Source of the DNA: a virus
DNA: 32,000 nucleotides
Strand: one strand, 5' to 3'
Virus record (IMG/VR): IMGVR_UViG_3300029634_000134
Coordinates: 2,567 to 34,566 of that record
Shown here: positions 16,070-25,494 of the stretch, in pieces
How positions within the stretch are numbered: the first letter of the stretch is position 1
Layout: each line of letters starts with the position of its first letter
Program-made: the position numbers and the translations under genes
The notes under the pieces: model-generated
Told to the model about the DNA's origin: nothing
What the model saw: the letters and a program-made list of their open reading frames with translations, nothing else
Databases searched by the model: none

Positions 16070-16651
16070 TTACTCACTCGCTCCCTTCTTCATCTTGTTG
16101 CGCATCTCTTCCCGCCACATCTCCAGGCGGCGGGTCCGCACCGCTTCGTAATCCCGCTTCCGGGCCGCCACCCCCGTCTCCTCGTAGGCCGGGAACGTGA
16201 CCACGCTCACCTCGTAGAGCCTGACCTTTTTGATGGTCCAGTGGACCGTCCCGTCCTCCTTGTAGTCGGTCTCCTCGTCCAGAATGTCAAACCCAAAGGA
16301 ACACTGGGACACGTCCCCCCGCTGGACCCTGGCGTACAGGTTCATGGCGTCGGTGTCGTCCTGGTTGAGCCGAATCCGGCCCCACAGCCCCCGGCTGTCC
16401 TCCCGGAGCTCCAGCGTTCCCGCCGCCGTCCGGCCCAGCACCAACCGGGTCTCATGGTCCACCAGGGCCCGCACGTCTGCGGACAGGGCATCTGAAAAGG
16501 CCCCCGGCGCCACGCTCTCCGTGGCCCCCGGCCACAGCTCGTAGTTACTGCCGAAAACCGAGAAATATCCCTCGATGTACTTTTCTCCCGTCTCCTCCCT
16601 GGTCTGGAACTCCGCCGGAAGGCTCCTCGTCTGCATCTGTTTCCTATCCAT
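16070..16651 (-). CDS. HK97-family prohead serine protease
   Basis: Contains the [11 protein letters not shown] motif and lies between the portal and capsid genes. ATG 16651 lies 8 nt after GGAGG. Confidence 0.85.
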   Translation of the reverse strand: MDRKQMQTRSLPAEFQTREETGEKYIEGYFSVFGSNYELWPGATESVAPGAFSDALSADVRALVDHETRLVLGRTAAGTLELREDSRGLWGRIRLNQDDTDAMNLYARVQRGDVSQCSFGFDILDEETDYKEDGTVHWTIKKVRLYEVSVVTFPAYEETGVAARKRDYEAVRTRRLEMWREEMRNKMKKGASE

Positions 16652-17843
16652 CCGCTTCACCTCCGTTCAGCTTTTTTTGCTCCCCGATCATGCCTCGGGG
16701 GATGTAGTTCTCCAGGATCACCAGTTCGTCCAGCCCGTCCTTGGGGCTCAGGCCCAGCCAGTCCCGAACCTCGTTGCCCGTCATGATGCCCCGCACGAAC
16801 TGATCGTCCCCCACCTGGGCCAGCTCCTTGATATCGTAAGCGTGGAGGGCCCTGGCGTTGAACCGGAAATAGAGCTCGGGAGAAACCAGCAGCTTGCGGG
16901 TCAACTCTTGCTCGATCCCTCGGGCAATGGGCAGAATGGTGGCGTCAATGAAGCTGTTCCACTCATCCCGCTTGAACTCTCCCACGCCCACCACAAAGGG
17001 GGGCACATGGAAAATCCCGGCCACCGTCCGCTTGTCGATGGTAACGGAATCGTTGAGCGCCAGATCATTGAGCGTCAGCGGCTTCACCTGTTCCACGTCG
17101 ATGAGGTCGGCGGGCAGCACCCAGGGCGTCCCGGCCTCCTCCGTCCTCATGTACTTTTCCAGCAGGGCGTCCCGGCCCCGCTCCGACGCCATCTCTTCAG
17201 CGCTGGAGTTGACCCGCACGATAATAGAGGGCTTCCACTTGGATTCCATGAAGCCCTTCTTGGTCTGCGCCGCCTGCCGGAGGTTGTGGACCACATCCCG
17301 CAGGGCCACCCTGGCCCCCCGGCCCATCCATGGCCGCTCCGGGTCTGGGTTATAGACGAAATGGAGCACTTCATCCGGGCGGTATACCGCCCCGCCGCAG
17401 CGGATCAGATAGCCGTCCCCCTCCGCCTGGAACGTGAGAGAGGAAGGCTTGAGCGGGGCCAGATTGTCGATGCGCCCGCCCGAAATTTCGGGCAGGACCA
17501 CGGCGTTTCCGACCCCCTCCAGAAGCATGGTCCTCACCAGATTTGTCATAAAGGTCATCCGGGTCATGTTCCGGCTGGGCTCAATGTCGATTTTCCGACT
17601 CAGCCCGTTTTTGATTCTCACATCTCCCCGGTCCGTGTTCTGCATGAGGTGGATCGTCATAGACCCGATGAGCCCGGCGATACGGTCCACCGCCATCAAC
17701 ACCTCCGGGTTTTCCGACAGACGGGTGAATCCAGGCACACACAGCCCGTCATACCCTTCCTGAGACAGCAGGAAGGCCACCGCCCCGTCCTGGGGCTTGT
17801 CCCTGGCCGGGTGGCCCCTCAGCTTTTTCTTACTCAATGCCAT
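16644..17843 (-). CDS. Portal protein (HK97 family)
   Basis: 399 aa immediately after the large terminase gene. AAGGGGG SD. Confidence 0.9.
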   Translation of the reverse strand: MALSKKKLRGHPARDKPQDGAVAFLLSQEGYDGLCVPGFTRLSENPEVLMAVDRIAGLIGSMTIHLMQNTDRGDVRIKNGLSRKIDIEPSRNMTRMTFMTNLVRTMLLEGVGNAVVLPEISGGRIDNLAPLKPSSLTFQAEGDGYLIRCGGAVYRPDEVLHFVYNPDPERPWMGRGARVALRDVVHNLRQAAQTKKGFMESKWKPSIIVRVNSSAEEMASERGRDALLEKYMRTEEAGTPWVLPADLIDVEQVKPLTLNDLALNDSVTIDKRTVAGIFHVPPFVVGVGEFKRDEWNSFIDATILPIARGIEQELTRKLLVSPELYFRFNARALHAYDIKELAQVGDDQFVRGIMTGNEVRDWLGLSPKDGLDELVILENYIPRGMIGEQKKLNGGEADG

Positions 17844-17849
17844 ACCCCC

Positions 17850-19616
17850 TTATAGCCACTGTTTTGCTTTTTCGTTGAGCTCCATAGCCTCCAGCTTCCG
17901 CACACAGGCGAAAACCGAGGCGTCAAAAACGTCGATACGCTGCTCCGGCTCAACTTTTTCATATTGAATCATGTCGTCGGTCTTCTCGATGGCCCGGACA
18001 TTCTGGACGCAATACTCGAAGGGGTCGGCATGGAGGTAATAAAGCTCACCGTTCTTGGCCTTGACCTCGATATGCCGGAACCCCTCCGACTTCTTGTAGT
18101 AAAGCTGCGGCTGATCCACCACGTTGAATCCCGCCGTTTTCATACCCACGTAATACTCCCGGCAGAATTTCCGGTCATGGCCCACCTGTTTGATCTTGAA
18201 GCCCTTACGCCGCATCTCCACAAACCAGTTGACCACCTCCGCATGGTTCACCGTGGGGCTGTTGCACATGTCCAGCCATCCGTCGTCCTTCCAGCCGAAG
18301 AGGGGGATGCCGTCCTCGTCGGCCTTCTGGTGGGCGGCCACCACCGGGAACCAGGCGTGAGGGATGATAATGTCCACGTCCACCTTCTTTCCATCCGCCC
18401 GCTCCCAGCCGTACAGGGTCCCATAGAGCACGGCGGCGGTCAAATCGTGGAGTTTGGACAGGTCGGCGCCGCCATACCACGCCACCGGCAGGGCGGCCAG
18501 ATCTTCCAGGCTCCAGTCGTACAGCTCGTCGGAGCGCTGGAACTCCCCCAGGTCGAAATAGGCCCGCAGGGCGGAGGTGTAAACGTTCAGGCTCTTCGCC
18601 AGAAAGTCTTTTCTCTGCTGGGGGTCGTTCTGGGCCTCCAGGGCGTCGTTCATAATGTCGTCCGGGCGGATGGTCACACCGTAAGCCGGGTTTGCCATTT
18701 CATGGATGCGGGGATTCGTGAAATCCACATCCCCGTTCTCCCCCTCTTCCGCCTTGCAGATGAAAATGAAGAGCTGCTCGTTCTTCACCAGACCGTCCAG
18801 CACCTTCTTGCAGTATTGAAGCCGCCGGTAGCAAAAGCTGGACATGTTGTCGCCCGCCGTGGTGATCCCGATCATCAGCTTATTGGTATAAGCCTTCATG
18901 GCCTCCTTGATGATGTTGTACTGCTTGGGGCTTTTGAAGGCGTGGATCTCGTCGGCAATCGCCACGTTGCAGTTCAAGGAATCCTGAGCGTCCGGGTTGG
19001 CCGCCAAGGCCTGGATGAAGAGCGAACCCCCGTCCAGTTCCCCGCTGATGGAGTGTTCCTGATTGTTGTCGATCACCCGGAAGTTGTCCTTCTCCCCCAT
19101 CTCCCCCAGATTGAAGTTGATGAAGTCAAAGCTCTCCAAGCTCTGCTTCAGGGCGGCGGCCACGATATAAACCTTACTGCCGCTCTTCCGGTTGAGCACC
19201 GCCAGGGCCCAGGCCAGGGCGGCGGAGAAGGAGGTCTTGACGTTCTTCCGGGGGATATAGATAAAGGCCTCCTTGAAGCGGCGGACCTTCCGGTCTGTCC
19301 CCGCCTCATAGAAGCCCAAGAGGTTATAGACGATGAACTTGTGAAAGGGCAGCAGCAGAAACGGCTTGCCCCGCATGGGGGTTCCGTCCAGCGCTTCCCC
19401 CTGTTGATGGACAAAGGTCTGCTCAATGAGCCGGATAACAAACTCGGCCTCTCGGGTGTCGAACTCAAACGCCGGGTCCTCCAGGTCCCGCAAAAACCGC
19501 TCACACGCCTGCTTCAGCTCCGGACAGGCAATTTTCCGCCCCTCCACGATCCCGCTGACATAATCCATGACCTCCCGCCGGTTTGGCGAGGGGGCGCCGC
19601 CCCTTTTACGGCCCAC
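17850..19616 (-). CDS. terL: Terminase large subunit
   Basis: 588 aa with an ATPase-like N-terminal half. It follows the small terminase gene with an 11-nt overlap. GTG start lies 9 nt after GGAGG. Confidence 0.9.
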   Translation of the reverse strand: MGRKRGGAPSPNRREVMDYVSGIVEGRKIACPELKQACERFLRDLEDPAFEFDTREAEFVIRLIEQTFVHQQGEALDGTPMRGKPFLLLPFHKFIVYNLLGFYEAGTDRKVRRFKEAFIYIPRKNVKTSFSAALAWALAVLNRKSGSKVYIVAAALKQSLESFDFINFNLGEMGEKDNFRVIDNNQEHSISGELDGGSLFIQALAANPDAQDSLNCNVAIADEIHAFKSPKQYNIIKEAMKAYTNKLMIGITTAGDNMSSFCYRRLQYCKKVLDGLVKNEQLFIFICKAEEGENGDVDFTNPRIHEMANPAYGVTIRPDDIMNDALEAQNDPQQRKDFLAKSLNVYTSALRAYFDLGEFQRSDELYDWSLEDLAALPVAWYGGADLSKLHDLTAAVLYGTLYGWERADGKKVDVDIIIPHAWFPVVAAHQKADEDGIPLFGWKDDGWLDMCNSPTVNHAEVVNWFVEMRRKGFKIKQVGHDRKFCREYYVGMKTAGFNVVDQPQLYYKKSEGFRHIEVKAKNGELYYLHADPFEYCVQNVRAIEKTDDMIQYEKVEPEQRIDVFDASVFACVRKLEAMELNEKAKQWL

Positions 19617-20043
19617 CCGTCAACGCCTCCGACAGCTTCGACGTCTTTCTAGGGGTCAGCCCCTTGTCGTGGATTTTTTTGAGCCCCGCCGGGGTCAGCC
19701 CCAAGATACCCTCCAGCCGGGTCAATTCGTCCCGCAGGCTTTCAATGGACCGGTACAGCTCCGTTTTGCAGTTGTTGGCCGCCTTGGCCTTATTGACGTA
19801 GACCTCTGTGATCTTGCAGCCCTCCAAATACCACTGAGCCATCAGCACATCGAATTGGAGGCGCATGTCCGCATAGCGCCGGATGGCCGGGAGAAATTCG
19901 TCCTTGTAGGTCCCCACGGATTTCATGTCCCGGACGGTCTGCTCCAAAATCTCGTCCACATACCGCTCCCGGCTCTCGTCGTTCAGCGCCAGCACACCGG
20001 CTTCCTTCTCGTCCCCCGCTTCGTTCCCCGTCTTGTTCCCCAC
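19606..20043 (-). CDS. terS: Terminase small subunit (P27-like)
   Basis: 145 aa, sitting between the HNH and TerL genes. The sequence style fits P27-family small terminases. Confidence 0.75.
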   Translation of the reverse strand: MGNKTGNEAGDEKEAGVLALNDESRERYVDEILEQTVRDMKSVGTYKDEFLPAIRRYADMRLQFDVLMAQWYLEGCKITEVYVNKAKAANNCKTELYRSIESLRDELTRLEGILGLTPAGLKKIHDKGLTPRKTSKLSEALTGGP

Positions 20044-20119
20044 CGTGCCAGCACCCCCCTTTCAAAAAACCTCGCTCTATTGGAAAAAGTTACCCTACCC
20101 AGTAACCTGAAACCGAAAA

Positions 20120-20434
20120 TCAATCGTCTTTGGGTGGGGGGGTATGTCTTCTCCACCACTCCCCCAGCTCTGTGAGCTTCCCCGTCTTCCTGTCGTGCAT
20201 CATGTTGTTTGCCCCATCCGACAGACTGAGAAGGTTCCAGTCGGCCAAGGCATACTCGGGGTAATCCTCCAGAGGCCAGATGTGATGTACTGTCGTAGCC
20301 CCTACCCGTCGACCATACCGAAGCGCTTCCCGGCAGAGATATCGGTCACGCCTCAAAATCTGTTTGCGCTTCGCTCTCCATTGCTTGGACCGATAGAACT
20401 CCTCACTTGTCACCATCACACCTCGGCTTTCCAA
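20120..20434 (-). CDS. HNH endonuclease (packaging-associated)
   Basis: The motif CREALRYGRRVGATTVHHIWPLEDYPE...NLLSLSDGANNMMH is an HNH motif. It sits in the classic position upstream of terS in HK97-like cos phages. Confidence 0.85.
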   Translation of the reverse strand: MESRGVMVTSEEFYRSKQWRAKRKQILRRDRYLCREALRYGRRVGATTVHHIWPLEDYPEYALADWNLLSLSDGANNMMHDRKTGKLTELGEWWRRHTPPPKDD

Positions 20435-20440
20435 TATTTG

Positions 20441-20469
20441 TTTACATCAATTTTTAAACATGATATAAT
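20441..20469 (+). promoter_or_regulatory. Near-consensus sigma70 promoter for the Zn-ribbon insert
   Basis: TTTACA (20441-20446), 17-nt spacer, TGa TATAAT (-10 at 20464-20469). Confidence 0.65.
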
Positions 20470-20499
20470 GCACTAAATTAAATTTTAGGAGGTATTGTT

Positions 20500-20643
20500 A
20501 TGTCCAAAGAGAACACTTGCCCAATATGCAGCAAAAAGTTTTCTGCCGATGAAGGCGCTATCAGCGACAACGGTAATTATATTTGCCAAGAATGTGCAGA
20601 AAAAGAACTGGATGACCTCATCCCAACAGATGAAAAATCCTAA
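20500..20643 (+). CDS. 47-aa zinc-ribbon protein
   Basis: AGGAGG lies 7 nt upstream. Translation is MSKENTCPICSKKFSADEGAISDNGNYICQECAEKELDDLIPTDEKS, with CxxC...CxxC. AT-rich relative to its flanks and below the ORF-track cutoff. Confidence 0.7.
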   Translation: MSKENTCPICSKKFSADEGAISDNGNYICQECAEKELDDLIPTDEKS

Positions 20644-20656
20644 TCTCATAAACACT

Positions 20657-20695
20657 ACCGCCGGAGGATTTATATATCCCCCGGCGGTCTTTTTT
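20657..20695 (+). terminator. Intrinsic terminator of the Zn-ribbon insert
   Basis: The ACCGCCGGAGGA/TCCCCCGGCGGT stem has one A.C mismatch and is followed by CTTTTTT. Confidence 0.75.
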
Positions 20696-20699
20696 AGTT

Positions 20700-21105
20700 C
20701 CACACTATCGCAGGGGCTTTCGTTGGATCTGAGAGGCAGCGGGAGAATACCCCGCCTTGCGTCACCTCTCAGATCATTGGAGCCACCATCAGCCTCGTGC
20801 GGCCAAGAGTGACATATACCCCTCTTCGGGGTACGTTGCAGGCTCAACGGCTTTTCCTGCTTGCCGTGGCCCTCCCCCTTTCGGGTGAAGGAAACGGAAA
20901 CGGCCCCTGCCGTCCTCATGCGGACAGCCTGGGCATGGGGCCCGACGAGGCTGGCACCCCGCCGGGCTGGTAGGAAAGGAGGCGCCCGTTACTCATGCCG
21001 CCACGGTGCCGGGCGACAGAAAGGCCGGAAGGGGCCTTACCTTGGCCCACTTCCATGGTTAGAGCATATCACGGTTTTTCTGGAAAATCGTCTCCTGAAA
21101 TTCTC
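20700..21105. other. GC-rich, ORF-free, helix-dense region (candidate late leader RNA or regulatory region)
   Basis: No credible ORF. The helices found are an 11-bp perfect helix 20726-20736/20765-20775 with nested 20739-43/20751-55, a 9-bp helix 20790-20798/20945-20953, a hairpin at 20817-20833, and a 10-bp bulged hairpin at 21027-21054. Confidence 0.4.
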
Positions 21106-21558
21106 CTAGCTCTCAGTTACCCCATACATGGCAAGCGTAAATTTGCGCAACGCCCTATCCTTGCGCTTGTAGACACCTGGAGGGTTCTCGATGTTCAGCT
21201 CTTCGCATAAACGTTCCACGTTCCCCTTTCCACGGTGGATGAACATTAATTCCAAGATCCTGCGCTCCTCTTCGTCCAGCACAGAGAGCCCTTTTTCCAC
21301 CATCCTCACCCGCCGCTGGGCAAGCTCCAAGTTCTTTTTGATCTCGTCCCGTTTAACAATGTTGGATAGGAGTTTGTCCCCAACTTCACCGCCGCCGCCA
21401 GTGACATGTTCACCCTCCCCCAAGGAGCTTCGCAAGGCTGATCTTTCTAACTCCAACCTCTCCAACTCCCCAGGCAGCGTAGCAAGGCTCATCCGCTGGG
21501 CCGGGTAGTTTTTTAACATGTCAATCGCTTCTCGCTTCCAGTCCATCAGTATGGCCAC
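21106..21558 (-). CDS. Late-gene transcriptional activator, sigma-70 region-4-like (RinA/ArpU-like)
   Basis: The C-terminus LSVLDEEERRILELMFIHRGKGNVERLCEELNIENPPGVYKRKDRALRKF is a region-4 type HTH. It sits just upstream of the packaging module. Confidence 0.7.
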   Translation of the reverse strand: MAILMDWKREAIDMLKNYPAQRMSLATLPGELERLELERSALRSSLGEGEHVTGGGGEVGDKLLSNIVKRDEIKKNLELAQRRVRMVEKGLSVLDEEERRILELMFIHRGKGNVERLCEELNIENPPGVYKRKDRALRKFTLAMYGVTES

Positions 21559-21770
21559 TCCTTCCTCGGCCGATCAGGTATGTACTTCGGACAAGCCTTG
21601 ACACTCCAGGTCTTGCCTATCACCGACTTGCCTACCCTCTCTGCCGTCCAGCCAGGAACGGGTCTGAAATCAAGAGACCATTCACATCCACGACGCCCAT
21701 CCTCAGTCGGTACAGCGTTCTGACAGCTCCAGCATAGTTGAGCCGTGGAAGCCGGTCTATTCGTCACCAT
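21546..21770 (-). CDS. Cys-rich small protein (74 aa)
   Basis: Internal ATG 21770 is preceded by GGGAGGGG. Translation starts MVTNRPASTAQLCWSCQNAV...GCEWS...VKACPKY. Confidence 0.55.
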   Translation of the reverse strand: MVTNRPASTAQLCWSCQNAVPTEDGRRGCEWSLDFRPVPGWTAERVGKSVIGKTWSVKACPKYIPDRPRKEWPY

Positions 21771-21921
21771 GAAACCCCTCCCGAAAAAGCGCCTCTGCCT
21801 CCACGACTTTCTCCAAGTGCCCTTTGGCCGTCTCATTGCCTTCCGAGGCCATGAGCTCCCAAATGCGCCTTTCCTTCTGGAACAAGCGAAGCACCAGCTC
21901 TCGCATCTCCATTTCATTCAT
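21757..21921 (-). CDS. Small helical hypothetical protein (54 aa)
   Basis: ATG 21921 lies 7 nt after GGAGGAGG and overlaps the upstream stop (ATGA). Confidence 0.5.
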   Translation of the reverse strand: MNEMEMRELVLRLFQKERRIWELMASEGNETAKGHLEKVVEAEALFREGFHGDE

Positions 21922-22082
21922 CTGCAATCCTCCTCCGTGTGCCAGGGGCACGATACTGTGTGCCTTTCGTTATCGCAACGATTACACATATCGGCATCCT
22001 CCAGACAATCCTTGGTCATGAAAAGCCCGCAAAGCCTACAAACGCACTCCCGGCATTCATAGTCCATGTCGCCCCTATACAT
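21918..22082 (-). CDS. Cys-rich small protein (54 aa)
   Basis: Translation starts MYRGDMDYECRECVCRLCG...CNRCDNERHTVSCPW. It is chained to its neighbours by overlaps. Confidence 0.5.
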   Translation of the reverse strand: MYRGDMDYECRECVCRLCGLFMTKDCLEDADMCNRCDNERHTVSCPWHTEEDCR

Positions 22083-23394
22083 TGCCGCCACTCTCCTCAA
22101 ATGGGACCGGGGCGTCTCCCAGGTCCACTAAAGTCGTTTGCTCACCCATCCGCTCCCAGCCGTAGGCCTTAGACGGCCCCTTCCCCGGTGGGTAAAACCG
22201 GCACGAATCCGAATCGAACTCTAACCCGACCTTGCCCCGCTTCCCCCGGTTGCGGACCTTCATCACGTAGACCAGCGAGGAACAGCCCTCGTTCTCGGCC
22301 TCCTCGTCGGAGAGCCGCCGCACAGAAAACACGTTATCCGCAAGGTTTGCGATATCACCGGAGCCGGAAATATCGTCCCCGTCCGTCACCGGCTTGCCCT
22401 GCTGGGTCTTCCGGGGATGTGCCACCAAGTGGACGTGGACCCCTTGGGCTTTGGCAAATCGGGTCAACCGCTGGGTGAACATGGACTGAGCCCGGTAGAA
22501 ATCCCGGTCCCCTGAAAGGCGGGTGGTCATGATGTTGTCCACCAGGAACACGTCACAGCCAAGAACACGATTTGCATAAGTAAACTCATCCAGGATTCGG
22601 TCCTCATCGTGGGCAGAGCCGTCCCGAATATCGTTGAGGTAATACCGCCCGGCCCACCACTCGTCCACCCGCCGGGCGGCCATGGGCTGGGCACAGCTTA
22701 TCTGCTCCCCCACCTCCGGGTCCTGGAACAGATCCAGGTGTCCTGGCCCCACCGCTTGGACCAGGGCCCAGGCCTTGAACTGCCCGGCGGGCAGTTCCCC
22801 GGAGTAGGCGCAGACCTTGTGCCCTTGGTCGATGGCCTCCAGAAGGATCTGGCTCAGGAGGGTGGACTTTCCCTCCCCCCGCTTGCCCGTCCAGACAGAC
22901 AATTCCCCGGAACGGAAACCGCCGGTGAGCTTGTCCAGCACCGGCAGGCCGGAGAGCGTGCGGGGGACCTCCCGCTCATCCAGGACCGAGACCCGGGCCA
23001 GCTCCAGAAGCCCGTAAGAGGGCTCCATCACCGCCCCGTACAAGATGCCATTGATCTCGCTTGGCAGATGGGCTTCCAGGAAAGCCGTAATGGAGGGATA
23101 GCCCCCAAAAGCCCCCTCCCGTGGGGAGAGCACCGGCAGGCCCCGGACATGGCGCCGCACCTGCTCCACCAGCTCCCGGTCCGGGGAGGCCACGAACACG
23201 AAGGGAAACTGGGAGAGCCAATCCCCGCAGTTCTTCACGTCCTCCCACCGCCCTGTCACTGAGAGACAGACGGCGTTGACACCGACGGCCTGCACATCCT
23301 CTGGAGACTGACACCACCAAAGGCCGGTGCTCATGCTCGGGTCGATCATCCGGGGCTCACAGAGAAGGACGTCATTAAAGCAGAGTCGGCCCAT
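22075..23394 (-). CDS. DnaB-family (T7 gp4/Twinkle-like) replicative helicase
   Basis: Walker A GKRGEGKST, Walker B-like DVFLVDNIM, and VHVHLVAHPRK. ATG 23394 lies 9 nt after AAGGAGG. Confidence 0.8.
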   Translation of the reverse strand: MGRLCFNDVLLCEPRMIDPSMSTGLWWCQSPEDVQAVGVNAVCLSVTGRWEDVKNCGDWLSQFPFVFVASPDRELVEQVRRHVRGLPVLSPREGAFGGYPSITAFLEAHLPSEINGILYGAVMEPSYGLLELARVSVLDEREVPRTLSGLPVLDKLTGGFRSGELSVWTGKRGEGKSTLLSQILLEAIDQGHKVCAYSGELPAGQFKAWALVQAVGPGHLDLFQDPEVGEQISCAQPMAARRVDEWWAGRYYLNDIRDGSAHDEDRILDEFTYANRVLGCDVFLVDNIMTTRLSGDRDFYRAQSMFTQRLTRFAKAQGVHVHLVAHPRKTQQGKPVTDGDDISGSGDIANLADNVFSVRRLSDEEAENEGCSSLVYVMKVRNRGKRGKVGLEFDSDSCRFYPPGKGPSKAYGWERMGEQTTLVDLGDAPVPFEESGGNV

Positions 23395-24031
23395 AGCCGT
23401 CATCCTCCTTGGTGCGTTCCGGGGAACAGGACCGGTCCCGCCTCTCCCAAGTCCTTACCGCCGCTTTCCAATCCACAATAGGCTTTCCCCGCCCCTGCTT
23501 CCAGCCGTTGGCCTCGTAATGATCCACGAACAGCTCTGGGTCCACATGATAATGCTTCTCCAGGCAATAGGCGGAAACCTCTTTCAGGGTGGGAGGAACA
23601 AACTTTTTACGAGCGGGAGGAGACGTCGTAGACGTCCCCTCTATTATTTCTTTATTATTAAATAAGGAAGGTTCGTTATTTTGTTGTTGTTTAGGTGTTG
23701 TCTTGTTCGTTGCCGCTTGGTACTCGGCGTAATTTTTCACTGTAATTACAGTGCCTTTAGGGAACGAAGTGCTCGTTATGGTGTTCGTTAATTTCAAACG
23801 CTCTAACGCCGTCCTCGTCTGCTGGTATGAAAGACCGGTTTCCAACGCCAGTTTTTTAACGCTACACAGCCTTTGTCCTCTTTTTATGACCATCCCTCGG
23901 ATCTTGTGATCTTGATATTCGACGGTCAAAAGCAGATGGATAAAAAGGCGGCAGACGTTGATATCGTCATACCATTCCCAGCTCAGGATAGACCGATGGA
24001 GCGAGATAAACCCCCAGTTGTCTCCAATCAC
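23375..24031 (-). CDS. Replication initiator / DnaD-like replisome organiser
   Basis: The N-terminus WGFISLHRSILSWEWYDDINVCRLFIHLLL plus an HTH-like segment fit this role. The C-terminus EVSAYCLEKHYHVDPELFVDHYEANGWKQGRGKPIVDWKAAVRTWE is typical of the phage DnaD-like C-terminal domain. Confidence 0.7.
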   Translation of the reverse strand: MIGDNWGFISLHRSILSWEWYDDINVCRLFIHLLLTVEYQDHKIRGMVIKRGQRLCSVKKLALETGLSYQQTRTALERLKLTNTITSTSFPKGTVITVKNYAEYQAATNKTTPKQQQNNEPSLFNNKEIIEGTSTTSPPARKKFVPPTLKEVSAYCLEKHYHVDPELFVDHYEANGWKQGRGKPIVDWKAAVRTWERRDRSCSPERTKEDDGYGPTLL

Positions 24032-24049
24032 ATATTTACCCTCCAGACC

Positions 24050-24688
24050 CTATCCAGCCGCTTGCCCGTGGCCTTTCTCAGGTTTTTTAACGTCACATTT
24101 TTCCTCCTTCGCTCTGCCCACGGCCCCATTGATGGCTGGCATAGCCTCCCACAGCGCTTCGTCTTCCTCAAAGGTGAGGAGGTCCAGGTAATATCCTATC
24201 GTCTCGATTTCCCGCAGGGCGTTGGCGTAGGTGTCTGGTATGGAGCCGGGAACAGCCAGTGCCCCACCCACCTTGACCATAAGCCACAGGGCCCGGAAAC
24301 GACGTGTCAGCACTAAGAGGGCGTCTTTCCGCCACGCCTGAAACTGGCGCTTCCTCTCCCGCTCGGCCTCAGCCATAGCCACCGCCACCGGGTCCGCTGG
24401 GGCGCCAAGGTCTATCCCAAGGTGAAACACCTCATTGATCTCCTTGGCGGCCTCCAGCAACGGAACGTCCAGAAGCGCCGCTACAAGATCCATAACGTCC
24501 CCGTGGGCATCACATCCAAAACAGTGATACCGCTGTTGGTACAGGTGAAACGACGGGGTTTTCTCCCCATGAAACGGACAGCAACACCAGCCCCGCCGGT
24601 CAGGCTCAAGGCCAAAGTGCCGGGCTACCTCCGAGATATCCACGGCTTCCTTGACCCGCTGAAAGGCAGTAGGATCAATCCTGCTCAT
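24050..24688 (-). CDS. CHC2 zinc-finger (primase-type) protein
   Basis: The motif CCCPFHGEKTPSFHLYQQRYHCFGCDAHGDVMDLV is the DnaG-type CHC2 zinc finger. Confidence 0.8.
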   Translation of the reverse strand: MSRIDPTAFQRVKEAVDISEVARHFGLEPDRRGWCCCPFHGEKTPSFHLYQQRYHCFGCDAHGDVMDLVAALLDVPLLEAAKEINEVFHLGIDLGAPADPVAVAMAEAERERKRQFQAWRKDALLVLTRRFRALWLMVKVGGALAVPGSIPDTYANALREIETIGYYLDLLTFEEDEALWEAMPAINGAVGRAKEEKCDVKKPEKGHGQAAG

Positions 24689-24899
24689 GCCTCTGGTACT
24701 CCGCCTGTCTTTTTTCCCGCCTAGCCTCCGCCCGCTCTGCTTTCCGGCCCTGGATAAACCCGAAAAGGAAGCAGTTGGCCGCAGCTTTCAACCCATATCC
24801 ACCAGAGGCGCCGCAGATATCGGAAAGCTCTCCGAGCTTACAGCCGTGCCGTCCAGGCTTAACCTTCTGAATGTCTTTCATGAGCTTGTCAATATTCAT
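24675..24899 (-). CDS. Hypothetical protein (74 aa)
   Basis: The ATG overlaps the upstream stop (ATGA). Part of the overlapping early gene chain. Confidence 0.55.
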   Translation of the reverse strand: MNIDKLMKDIQKVKPGRHGCKLGELSDICGASGGYGLKAAANCFLFGFIQGRKAERAEARREKRQAEYQRHEQD

Positions 24900-25189
24900 G
24901 CGCCCGCCACCTCCTCCCCCAGCTCCCTGGCCAGCTTCATGCCCAGGCGGAAACCGTTGATGAAACCCTGCTTTTCATAAACGAGAGCAAATTCACCACC
25001 GATGGTTTCCAGGAGGTCCTTTTCATCTACCGTCAGATTCAAGGCATACACTTTCTTAGAAAAACATTCAGAAACATTTTCGGCCTCTTCAATCCTCTCA
25101 TAGAACTCCGCCAGTTTCGTGCCGTCCGCCTTAACGTTGCTCTCGTCCGCACACGCCCAATACAGACGTTCCAAAAATTCCTTGTTCAA
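24896..25189 (-). CDS. Hypothetical protein (97 aa)
   Basis: The track start is 25249, but I prefer TTG 25189, which overlaps the upstream TGA and has AAAGGAG 9 nt upstream. Confidence 0.5.
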   Translation of the reverse strand: MNKEFLERLYWACADESNVKADGTKLAEFYERIEEAENVSECFSKKVYALNLTVDEKDLLETIGGEFALVYEKQGFINGFRLGMKLARELGEEVAGA

Positions 25190-25494
25190 AGTTTCATCGC
25201 TCCTTTCGTTGCGTCCAGCCGCCCCTGTTCCCAGCAGAGACGTTCCCATTTGAGCAGAAGGCCCAACAATTTAACCTCTTCGTGCGTCATATGCTGCTTT
25301 CCCTTAAACTCACACCATTGCTCCGACGCAACCTCGAAATCCCTCAAATGATCCTCTTTGTTGATTCCTGCCACTCCGTCGTTGTAGAAACTACGCAAAA
25401 GCTGAATCAAAGGATCTGCCATCTCTTCCCCAAGCGCTCCCGTAATAGCGTCAATGATTTTAGGCGGAAGATCATAAATTTTTTTGCTTTTCAT
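25186..25494 (-). CDS. Hypothetical protein (102 aa)
   Basis: Coding-like composition. Chained to its neighbours by 4-nt overlaps. Confidence 0.6.
   Translation of the reverse strand: MKSKKIYDLPPKIIDAITGALGEEMADPLIQLLRSFYNDGVAGINKEDHLRDFEVASEQWCEFKGKQHMTHEEVKLLGLLLKWERLCWEQGRLDATKGAMKL

Noticed and set aside
14435-16495. 686-aa plus-strand ORF antisense to the capsid and protease genes
   Set aside because: Shadow ORF. The product is Gly/Leu/His/Pro-rich with no start signals.
17964-19652. 562-aa plus-strand ORF antisense to the large terminase gene
   Set aside because: Shadow ORF opposite a confidently recognised terminase.
20044-20119. cos site between the HNH and terS genes
   Set aside because: This is the expected location in HK97-like HNH phages, but I could not identify any defining sequence feature by eye, so I did not call it.
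20880-21020. Motifs reminiscent of RNase P RNA (GGGTGAAGGAAACGG, GGAAAGGAGG, ACAGAAAGG)
   Set aside because: Their order and spacing do not fit the bacterial RNase P consensus (GGAAAGUCC should come first), and the conserved P4 partners are absent. I treated them as chance resemblance.
20485-21210. ORFs 20485..20919(-), 20861..21109(+) and 20995..21210(+) in the structured region
   Set aside because: Implausible Arg/Gly/Pro-rich products with no SD or coupling. The first runs antisense through the well-supported Zn-ribbon gene.
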